Made by a program: the position numbers and the translations under genes. From Nautiliaceae bacterium (GTDB lineage: Bacteria > Campylobacterota > Campylobacteria > Campylobacterales > Nautiliaceae), in assembly GCA_027083695.1 (NCBI GenBank), contig JALWNI010000058.1, positions 1 to 55,057 on the forward strand: 55,057 bases of DNA, written 5' to 3'. Positions 17,829 through 25,005 of this stretch are shown in pieces. Below the pieces are notes generated by a model that saw only the letters and a program-made list of their open reading frames with translations, made no database searches and was not told the DNA's origin. Numbering within the stretch: position 1 is the first letter of the stretch; each line of letters opens with the position of its first letter.

Positions 17829-18863
17829 TTGGATAGAAGAAAATTTTTAAAGGTTTCATCGATATTTGGCGCTACACCATTATTTGCCAAAAATGATAAC
17901 AGACTTTTTTTTAAATTTCCAAAAAAACCGTTTGAATATTACCATTTAAAATCAAAAAATTCTAAATTTAAAGTTATGCTTATTGGCGGTATACATGGGA
18001 ATGAAATGGGTGCTTATAAAGCGGCTGATTTGTTGATTAATTCAGATATAGAAAAAGGTGAACTTTTAATAATTCCAAGAAGTAATTTTACTTCTATTTT
18101 AGCGGATGTAAGAGGATATAATGGAGATATGAATAGGAAATTTGCTTATATTTCTAAAAAAGACCCGGATTATCATTATGTAGAGCTTTTAAAAAGTGCA
18201 ATTTTAGAATATAGGCCTGATGTTCTTATATCTATGCATGATGGATATGGGTTTAGTATAAGAAATAAAAGAGCATGGGGACAAAGTGTAGTAATTGATG
18301 AATTAAGATATAAAAATTTTAATTTGTTTAGTGAAGCAAATTTTGTAAAAAATCATGCAAATATTTATCTTCCATATAAACTTGGGCTTATTAATACAAA
18401 AACATTTACTTCTCATATTCACGATGAACAAAAAAAAGCATTAACTGGATGGTGTTTGGAACATGGTATAAAAGCATTTTGTATAGAAGCTTCCAAACAA
18501 CTTCCTACTTTAAGTGAAAAAGTAAAAACACATTTAACAATGTTAAGAGAGTTTTTTAAACTTTATGATGTAAAAATAAAAGATATGGATGAAATGATTA
18601 AAAATCCTAAAAAATTTATGGATGATTCAACACCTGTTGTAGAATTAAAAATAAATTCAAGAATTTATAAATATCGTGCTGATAAAAAAATTAAAGTTCC
18701 AAAAGGAAGTGAAATAGTTATAAAATCAATAAATGGACCAAGGGGAAGTTTTGCGGTACCTATTGGTGTGAATTTAAATTGGACAAGTTTTCATGCGAGA
18801 TATTTAACTATTGGTATAAAAAATGATTTTGAAAAAAAATTTAAAATAAAAATTAGGAGTTAA
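17829..18863 (+). CDS. Tat-signal zinc carboxypeptidase, M14-like (AstE/AspA or Csd4/Pgp1 M99-like)
   Basis: TTG start. Twin-arginine motif DRRKFLK, HxxE zinc motif (GGIHGNEMG) and a later His (SMHDGYG). Confidence 0.65.
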   Translation: MDRRKFLKVSSIFGATPLFAKNDNRLFFKFPKKPFEYYHLKSKNSKFKVMLIGGIHGNEMGAYKAADLLINSDIEKGELLIIPRSNFTSILADVRGYNGDMNRKFAYISKKDPDYHYVELLKSAILEYRPDVLISMHDGYGFSIRNKRAWGQSVVIDELRYKNFNLFSEANFVKNHANIYLPYKLGLINTKTFTSHIHDEQKKALTGWCLEHGIKAFCIEASKQLPTLSEKVKTHLTMLREFFKLYDVKIKDMDEMIKNPKKFMDDSTPVVELKINSRIYKYRADKKIKVPKGSEIVIKSINGPRGSFAVPIGVNLNWTSFHARYLTIGIKNDFEKKFKIKIRS

Positions 18864-18864
18864 T

Positions 18865-19143
18865 ATGGGGTATACGGTAATTGTAGATAATGATATAATA
18901 GAAGTTCATTCAGATATGTGTGATAAGCTTTTTGAAAAAAAAGAAGAGATAAGTTTTAAAGATTTAGAGTTTATAGATTTCAATAAATTTGAAGAGCTAG
19001 AAGAGATGATTAAAGATAAAGAAAATATTGTTTTTTGCGAAGAGTGTCATCCTGAGACAAGGGAGTATGACGAAGAGTGGGATGATTTTTATCAAGAATT
19101 TGATGACGAAGATGAAATTGATGATACCAGATGTGAAATATAA
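18865..19143 (+). CDS. Small highly acidic hypothetical protein with four Cys (one CxxC pair)
   Basis: 92 aa. Starts 1 nt after the peptidase stop. Contains CEEC plus two other Cys, and has a D/E-rich tail. Confidence 0.5.
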   Translation: MGYTVIVDNDIIEVHSDMCDKLFEKKEEISFKDLEFIDFNKFEELEEMIKDKENIVFCEECHPETREYDEEWDDFYQEFDDEDEIDDTRCEI

Positions 19144-19182
19144 TAAAATTGTATGTTATAATTAAGAAAAAAAGGAGAAGTT

Positions 19183-19422
19183 ATGTTTAAAGAATGTTGT
19201 CCTGAATTGATTCCTTTAATGGAGGAACTTGCAGCTAAAAATCCTCATATTGATAAACTAATTCAAAGACATAAAGAGTTAAATAAAATAATAGATGATG
19301 TTGAAGCAGGAAGAGAACATATGGATGAACTTGAACTTGAAAAATTAAAAAAAGAGAAACTTCATATAAAAGATGAAGTATATCAAGCGGTACTTCAATA
19401 TAAAAAAGAAAAAGAGGCTTAA
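19183..19422 (+). CDS. DUF465 (YdcH-like) family small protein
   Basis: 79-aa coiled-coil protein with the DKLIQRHKELNKIID ... LKKEKLHIKDE pattern typical of DUF465, from memory. Confidence 0.7.
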   Translation: MFKECCPELIPLMEELAAKNPHIDKLIQRHKELNKIIDDVEAGREHMDELELEKLKKEKLHIKDEVYQAVLQYKKEKEA

Positions 19423-19433
19423 TGCCTCTTTTG
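19411..19433 (+). terminator. Rho-independent terminator overlapping the DUF465 stop codon
   Basis: Stem AGAGGC/GCCTCT with loop TTAAT, followed by TTTTG. Confidence 0.55.
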
Positions 19434-19469
19434 ATAACTAAAAAGTGTCAAAGAAAAAACTCCAAAATA

Positions 19470-19497
19470 TTGACTTAAAATATTTTTTTGTTATAAT
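19470..19497 (+). promoter_or_regulatory. Near-consensus sigma70 promoter TTGACT-16 nt-TATAAT, upstream of the yedF-to-selB cluster
   Basis: TTGACT at 19470-19475 and TATAAT at 19492-19497, read directly. It would give a leader of roughly 135 nt. Confidence 0.55.
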
Positions 19498-19639
19498 AGC
19501 GATATTGATTGCTGTAAGGCCTTAGGTTAAGGTAGACAATGAAGCAGCAAAACTTCCAAAACGCTTCATTGCAAATATAATCAAATATAATCTGTTGTTT
19601 GTTATAAAATGGCTTTTATTTTGTTAGAAGGGGATTACT

Positions 19640-20221
19640 ATGAAAATAGATTGTAGAAATTTGGCTTGTCCTGAGCCTGTTTTAAAGACAAAAAAAGCAC
19701 TTGAAGAGATGGAAGAAGGGATTTTGGAAGTATTGGTAAATTCAATTTCTTCTATTCAAAATGTAAAAAGATTTGCACAAAATCAAGGGCTTGTAGCAGA
19801 AGAAGAAAAATTGGATAACGGAGATACGATTATTAGAATTGTAAAAGGATATGAGTGTAGTATAGTTCAACAAGAAGATAATAAAAAATTTTTGGATAAA
19901 GTGCTTTTTATTAAAGATGATAAAGTGGGTGAAGGCGAGCTTGGTCATATTTTGATGGAAGGATTTTTAAAAACTACTCTTGAATTTGACAAACTTCCTG
20001 AAATTGTTGTTTGTGTTAATAGAGGGGTGTTTTTAACTACTAAAAACGAAAAAACAATTGAGATTTTAAAAGAATTTGAAAAAAGAGGGGTTAAAATTTA
20101 TTCTTGTGGGGTTTGTATGAATCATTTCAAAATTCCACCAGAAGAACTTAAAGTGGGAGAAATAGGTAATGCTTACGATACGATGGATTTTTTACTACAT
20201 AAAAATACTATTTCATTATAA
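19640..20221 (+). CDS. yedF: YedF-like selenium-metabolism protein (TusA/SirA head with a DsrE-like tail)
   Basis: N-terminal CPxP motif (NLACPEPV). The C-terminal half (VVCVNRGVFL ... IYSCGVCMNHF) resembles the YedF family as I recall it. Same strand as selD and 2.3 kb upstream of it. Confidence 0.75.
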   Translation: MKIDCRNLACPEPVLKTKKALEEMEEGILEVLVNSISSIQNVKRFAQNQGLVAEEEKLDNGDTIIRIVKGYECSIVQQEDNKKFLDKVLFIKDDKVGEGELGHILMEGFLKTTLEFDKLPEIVVCVNRGVFLTTKNEKTIEILKEFEKRGVKIYSCGVCMNHFKIPPEELKVGEIGNAYDTMDFLLHKNTISL

Positions 20222-20237
20222 AAAATAAGGAGTTAAA

Positions 20238-21353
20238 ATGAAAAGAAGAGATTTTTTAAAAGCAAGTGCAGCAATTGGAGCGTTAAGCGCAGTGCCTAGT
20301 ATGAGTTTTGCGAATGAAGATGAAGTAAGAAAATTTAGAGTGCAATATTTTTTTAATATTAAATATCCAGAAAAAGAGTATCCAGCAAGACTTTGGAATC
20401 CAATGCCTTACAATGCTGATTATCAACATGTAAGAGTATTAAATTTTAATGGAAATTATAATAAATATGATTTAAATAATAATAATGAATATTCGGCAAA
20501 TACATTTTATGCTGAATGGGATAAGTCTGATATGCCAAAAATTGCTTTAATGGAAATGGTAATTGAAACTAAATACAGAAGTGTTCCAATTGAAAAGATA
20601 GAATGGGCTAGCAAACAAAATTTACCTTATCCAAAAGAAGTAAAAAAATATCTTTTACCAACTGCACATATTCCAACTACTGGAATCATTAAAGAATTGG
20701 CTGATAAAATTGTAGGAAATACAAAAGATAGATTTGAAAGAGTGAAAAAAATTTATTATTGGTGTACTGCACATACATATAGGGACAAAAAAGTTATCGG
20801 ATGTGGAAAAGGTGATGTTAAAAAAATGGTGAAACCGGGTAATGTTGAAGATATTTATAAACATGGTTATTTTGGTGGTAAATGTACGGATTTAAGTTCA
20901 TTATTTACTGCACTTGTTAGAGCTGCTGGAATTCCTGCAAGAGAAGTATTTGGAATCAGACTTGGAAAAAGTCATTTTGATAAAGCACTTGGAAAAAGCG
21001 ACAAACATGGATTTGCAAATATTACTACTTGGCAACATTGTAGAGCTGAATATTATATTCCGGGTGCTGGATGGATTCCAACAGACCCAGCAGATATTAC
21101 AAAACTTGAACTTGTAGAAGGCTTAAAATATGATGATCCAAAAGTTCAAACATTAGTGAAAAAATATCTCCATTCGTGGGAAATGAACTGGATGGCGTTT
21201 AATCATGCAAGAGATTTTGTTTTATATCCAAGACCTGTTCAATATCCTCTTAATATGTTTGGATATCCGTATGCTGAGGTTAACGATGATGTATTGAATT
21301 ATTATGTTCCAAAATCATTTGAATATAAAATTACATCTCAGGAACTCTTTTAA
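20238..21353 (+). CDS. Tat-exported transglutaminase-fold (Cys-His-Asp) protein
   Basis: Twin-arginine signal MKRRDFLKASAAIGALSAVPSMSFA. Transglutaminase-core motifs GKCTDLSSLFTALVRAAGIPAR and HCRAEYYIPGAGWIPTDPAD. Confidence 0.8.
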   Translation: MKRRDFLKASAAIGALSAVPSMSFANEDEVRKFRVQYFFNIKYPEKEYPARLWNPMPYNADYQHVRVLNFNGNYNKYDLNNNNEYSANTFYAEWDKSDMPKIALMEMVIETKYRSVPIEKIEWASKQNLPYPKEVKKYLLPTAHIPTTGIIKELADKIVGNTKDRFERVKKIYYWCTAHTYRDKKVIGCGKGDVKKMVKPGNVEDIYKHGYFGGKCTDLSSLFTALVRAAGIPAREVFGIRLGKSHFDKALGKSDKHGFANITTWQHCRAEYYIPGAGWIPTDPADITKLELVEGLKYDDPKVQTLVKKYLHSWEMNWMAFNHARDFVLYPRPVQYPLNMFGYPYAEVNDDVLNYYVPKSFEYKITSQELF

Positions 21354-21931
21354 TGGTAAAACGCATTGATTGTAAAAATTTAGCCTGTCCTGAACCTGTA
21401 ATTAAAACAAAAGAAGCATTAGAAAGTATGGATGAGGGGATTTTAGAAGTTGAGGTTAATTCCTTTTCATCCGTTCAAAATGTAAAAAAATTTGCACAAT
21501 CGCAAGGGTTATATGTCACTGAGAAAAAAGATGGCAAAAATACAATATTGACTATTGTTAAAGGTTATGAATGTGAATTGCCCCCTCAAAAAGAGGATAA
21601 ATCCTTTTGGGCTTTAATAGCTGGGGCTGTAATTACTGCAATTTTAGCTAGCACCTGTTGTTTGGGCCCTCTTTTATTTTTAGTTTTTGGAATTAGTGTG
21701 GGAAGTTTATCTTTTTTACATATATTTGCTCCTTATCATATATATTTTTCAATTGCGGCAGTTTTGATTATTTTATATCTTTGGGGTAATTACTTTTTTA
21801 AACTTAGAAAAAGACCGGTATGTGAGGGTAGCATTTGCAAAAATTATGTGAAATATTTGAGTATTGGGACTATTTTTGTGGCTATTATGCTAACATACCC
21901 ATATTGGGCTCAATTTTTAATAAAGGATTAA
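21353..21931 (+). CDS. Fusion protein: TusA/SirA-like domain joined to a MerT-like three-helix membrane domain
   Basis: NLACPEPV head. TM1 carries vicinal Cys followed by GP (ASTCCLGPLLF). A basic loop carries a second Cys pair (KRPVCEGSICK). Start overlaps the previous stop (TAATG). Confidence 0.75.
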   Translation: MVKRIDCKNLACPEPVIKTKEALESMDEGILEVEVNSFSSVQNVKKFAQSQGLYVTEKKDGKNTILTIVKGYECELPPQKEDKSFWALIAGAVITAILASTCCLGPLLFLVFGISVGSLSFLHIFAPYHIYFSIAAVLIILYLWGNYFFKLRKRPVCEGSICKNYVKYLSIGTIFVAIMLTYPYWAQFLIKD

Positions 21932-21932
21932 A

Positions 21933-22214
21933 ATGAAAAAATTTTTATTTTTAATAATTTTTATGGTTTTTGCTTTTGGAGCAAAAAAAGAAGCTATTAT
22001 AATTGTTGATGGAATGACTTGTCCGTTATGTACAACGGCTGTAAAAAGTTCTTTAAAACACACACCAGGGGTTATAAGTGCAAAAGTAATTTTGCACAAT
22101 AAAACAGCAACTGTTATTTATGATGATACAAAAACAAATCCTAAAAAATTATTAAAAGCAATTGAGATTGTAGGATATAAAGGAAAAATAAAAGAGATAA
22201 AGGATGTAAAATGA
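21933..22214 (+). CDS. MerP-like periplasmic heavy-metal-associated (HMA) domain protein
   Basis: Signal peptide MKKFLFLIIFMVFAFG followed by GMTCPLC in a ferredoxin-like HMA fold. Lies 1 nt after the TusA-MerT gene. Confidence 0.75.
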   Translation: MKKFLFLIIFMVFAFGAKKEAIIIVDGMTCPLCTTAVKSSLKHTPGVISAKVILHNKTATVIYDDTKTNPKKLLKAIEIVGYKGKIKEIKDVK

Positions 22215-22567
22215 AAATTTTATTTATTTTTAATCATGAGCCATATGATGGAAGTGATGTAACTTGGAATGGACTTAGACTTGCAAAAAATTTATTTGAA
22301 AGAGGAGAAGAAGTTAGAATTTTTCTTATGAATGATTCTGTGGATTTGGCAAGAGAATGTAATAAAAAACCTGATAATTATGATTTTGACTTGGTTGAGA
22401 TGTTAAAAGAAATGTATAAAAACGGAGTAAAACTGAAAGTCTGTGGGACTTGTCAGGCTAGATGTGGGCTTTATAAAAATGAGCCTTATTTTGCACCTGA
22501 GATTAAAGGCACAATGAATGATTTGGCAGATTGGGTTCAAACAAGTGATAAAATTTTGACTTTTTAA
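22211..22567 (+). CDS. DsrE/DsrF-like family protein
   Basis: 118 aa with the MKILFIFNHEPYDG ... VCGTCQARCG pattern typical of DsrE-like proteins. ATGA overlap with the upstream gene. Lies 8 nt before selD. Confidence 0.7.
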   Translation: MKILFIFNHEPYDGSDVTWNGLRLAKNLFERGEEVRIFLMNDSVDLARECNKKPDNYDFDLVEMLKEMYKNGVKLKVCGTCQARCGLYKNEPYFAPEIKGTMNDLADWVQTSDKILTF

Positions 22568-22575
22568 GGGAAAAA

Positions 22576-23610
22576 ATGGAATATAAAAACAAAAAACTTA
22601 CAAAATATGTAAAAGCGGCTGGGTGAGCAGGAAAACTGGCTCCGGGAGAGCTAGAAGGTGTGACCTGTTGTCTAGATAAAAAAGCTGAAAATTTAATTGT
22701 AGGATTTGAAGGTAATGAAGATGCAAGTGTTTATAAATTAAGTGATGATATTGCTTTAATTCAAACAGTGGATTTTATTACACCTGTTGTGGATGATCCT
22801 TATCTTTATGGACAGATTGCAGCTGCTAATTCTTTGAGTGATGTTTTTGCTATGGGGGCAGATGTAAAAACTGCTCTTAATTTGGTAGGTTTTGACAGTT
22901 GTCATCATGATAAAGAGACATTAAATGAAATTTTAAAAGGGGGAGAGAGTAAAGTTAAAGAGTGTGGAGGAGTTTTAGCAGGTGGGCATACAATAGAAAC
23001 GCCTGAGATGCTTTATGGATTAAGTGTAACAGGTATTGCTAATCCTAAAAAAATTATAAGAAATAACACAGTTAAAGAAGGTGATTTAATTATTCTTACA
23101 AAACCTCTTGGAATGGGAATTTTAACAACTGCAATAAAAGCGGATTTAGTTGGAATGGATGTAGTATTGAGAGTTGCTGATATTTTAAGAGAACTTAATT
23201 ACAAAACTTCTATTTTGGCAAGAGAAGTTGCAAATGCAATGACTGATGTTACAGGATTTGGACTTTTGGGGCATTTGTATGAGATGAGTGCGGATAAAAT
23301 GGGCATAAAAGTTTATTTTGAAAAAGTGCCTTATTTAAAAGAAGCAATAGAGATGGCAAGTATGGGAATAATTCCTGCTGGAAGTTACAATAATCAGGAA
23401 TTTTTAAAAGATAAAGTTGAGAAAAAAAGAGAGCTTAGTTTTGAAGAAGAGATGATTTTGTATGATGCTCAAACAAGCGGAGGACTTTTGATAAGTGCAG
23501 AAGAAAAAGAGGCTTTTAATTTAGTGAATAAATTAAAGAATGAAGGAGTAAATGCTTCTATAATCGCGGAAGTTAGCAAACAAGAGGAAAAGCCTTTAAT
23601 TATTTTATAA
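22576..23610 (+). CDS. selD: Selenide, water dikinase (selenophosphate synthetase), a selenoprotein with UGA-encoded Sec17
   Basis: ATG at 22576 after AAGGG. The reading MEYKNKKLTKYVKAAG-U-AGKLAPGELEG aligns with E. coli SelD LTQYSHGAGCGCKISP. The in-frame TGA at 22624-22626 sits at the catalytic Cys17 position, with Lys20 conserved. The ORF track starts only at 22660. Confidence 0.9.
22636..22654 (+). promoter_or_regulatory. Candidate bacterial SECIS hairpin for the selD UGA
   Basis: CTGGCTC-CGGGA-GAGCTAG forms a 7-bp stem (one G-U pair) with a G-rich apical loop. It begins 10 nt after the UGA. A possible lower stem is CAGG (22628-31)/CCTG (22664-67). Confidence 0.6.
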
Positions 23611-23658
23611 TCTTCATTTTTTCTCCTTTTTTGGTAAAATAAGTTAAAAAGGCTTATT

Positions 23659-25005
23659 ATGCAAAATCTTTTTAGGCAGATTCCTAAAGTTGATAAATTA
23701 ATTCAGAAATTTAAAAAGCATGATAAAGATATTATTTCAAAAATAACAAAAGAGATAATTGAAAAATTAAGAGAAGATATAAAAAATAAGAAAATTACTG
23801 AAATTAATGAAAATAAAATTTTAGAGAATATAGAAAAAAAATATAAAGATATATTATCTCCTTCAATTAAAAATGTAATAAATGCCACAGGAGTTATTAT
23901 TCACACAAATCTTGGAAGAAGTTTGATTGATGAAGAGGTTTTTGAAAAAGCAAAAAAAATCAGTACGCATTATTGTAATCTTGAATATGATTTAGATAAA
24001 GGCAAAAGAGGAGATAGATATCATCATACGGCAAAACATTTGAGTTTTCTTTTTGGCAGTGAAGATGCGTTGATTGTAAATAATAACGCTGCGGCAGTGT
24101 TTTTAATTCTTAACACTTTTGCAAAAAACAAAGAAGTTATTGTTTCAAGAGGTGAGCTTGTAGAAATCGGAGGAAGTTTTAGAGTGCCGGAAGTTATGAA
24201 TGCAAGCGGAGCTATTTTAAAAGAAGTTGGAACCACCAATAAAACTCACAGGAAAGATTATATAAATGCAATTAATGAAAATACTGCAATGCTTATGAAA
24301 GTTCATAAATCAAATTATTCTATTGAAGGTTTTAGTGCTGAGGTTTTTTTTGATGAAATTATAAAAATGGCAAGAGAATATAAATTACTTGATTATTATG
24401 ATTTAGGAAGTGCATATGTGCCAAAACTTCCATATTCATTAAGTAATTATGAACCTTCAATTCTTGAAATTATGAAATATAATCCAAGCTTAGTGAGTTT
24501 TAGCGGAGATAAACTGTTTGGAGGAGTTCAAGCTGGAATTATTCTTGGGAAAAAAGATCTTATAGCAAAACTTAAACAAAATCAGATTTTAAGAATGTTT
24601 AGAGTTGATAAAATAACAATATCTCTTATTGAAGAGACTGCAATTGCATATATTAAGAAAAATTACGATAAAATTCCAACATTAAAAATGCTTTTTACTT
24701 CTGTGGATGAACTTGAAAAAAGAGCTGAAAGATTTTTATCTTTTGTTCCATCGCTAAAAGCCAAAATAATAGAAACTTATACATATGTAGGCGGTGGAAC
24801 AATGCCAAATAAAAAAATTCCTAGTATTGCAGTGGCAATTGATGGAAATGCTAAAAAATGGGAAGAAAAGTTTAGAAAAAATCTTGTAATCGGCAGAATT
24901 GAAAATGAAAAATTTTTACTTGATTTTAGGACAATTCAAGAAGATGAAATAGAAAAATTAGCACAAATTACAAATGAATTATTAAGCTGTAAGGTAGAAA
25001 AATGA
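23659..25005 (+). CDS. selA: L-seryl-tRNA(Sec) selenium transferase
   Basis: 448 aa of the SelA family (NATGVIIHTNLGRS, FSGDKLFGGVQAGII with the PLP lysine). Overlaps selB by 4 nt. Confidence 0.95.
   Translation: MQNLFRQIPKVDKLIQKFKKHDKDIISKITKEIIEKLREDIKNKKITEINENKILENIEKKYKDILSPSIKNVINATGVIIHTNLGRSLIDEEVFEKAKKISTHYCNLEYDLDKGKRGDRYHHTAKHLSFLFGSEDALIVNNNAAAVFLILNTFAKNKEVIVSRGELVEIGGSFRVPEVMNASGAILKEVGTTNKTHRKDYINAINENTAMLMKVHKSNYSIEGFSAEVFFDEIIKMAREYKLLDYYDLGSAYVPKLPYSLSNYEPSILEIMKYNPSLVSFSGDKLFGGVQAGIILGKKDLIAKLKQNQILRMFRVDKITISLIEETAIAYIKKNYDKIPTLKMLFTSVDELEKRAERFLSFVPSLKAKIIETYTYVGGGTMPNKKIPSIAVAIDGNAKKWEEKFRKNLVIGRIENEKFLLDFRTIQEDEIEKLAQITNELLSCKVEK

Noticed and set aside
19539-19580. 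13-codon uORF in the yedF leader as a classical attenuation peptide
   Set aside because: It has no run of regulatory codons (no Cys, Met or Sec enrichment), and the downstream terminator-like hairpin is all A-U and weak. I kept it as a detail of the leader finding rather than a feature.
21353-22214. MerT-like plus MerP-like genes read as a mercury-resistance (mer) operon
   Set aside because: No merA, merR, merB, merC or merD is present anywhere in the window. The MerT-like domain is fused to a TusA sulfur/selenium carrier, and the genes are embedded in a selD/selA/selB cluster. Classical Hg(II) detoxification is therefore unlikely, although Hg binding is not excluded.
22660-23610. selD starting at the track's GTG-frame Met 22660
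   Set aside because: That start would remove the catalytic N-terminal glycine-rich loop. The upstream 28 codons are in frame, align with SelD, and are interrupted only by a UGA at the Cys17/Sec position.
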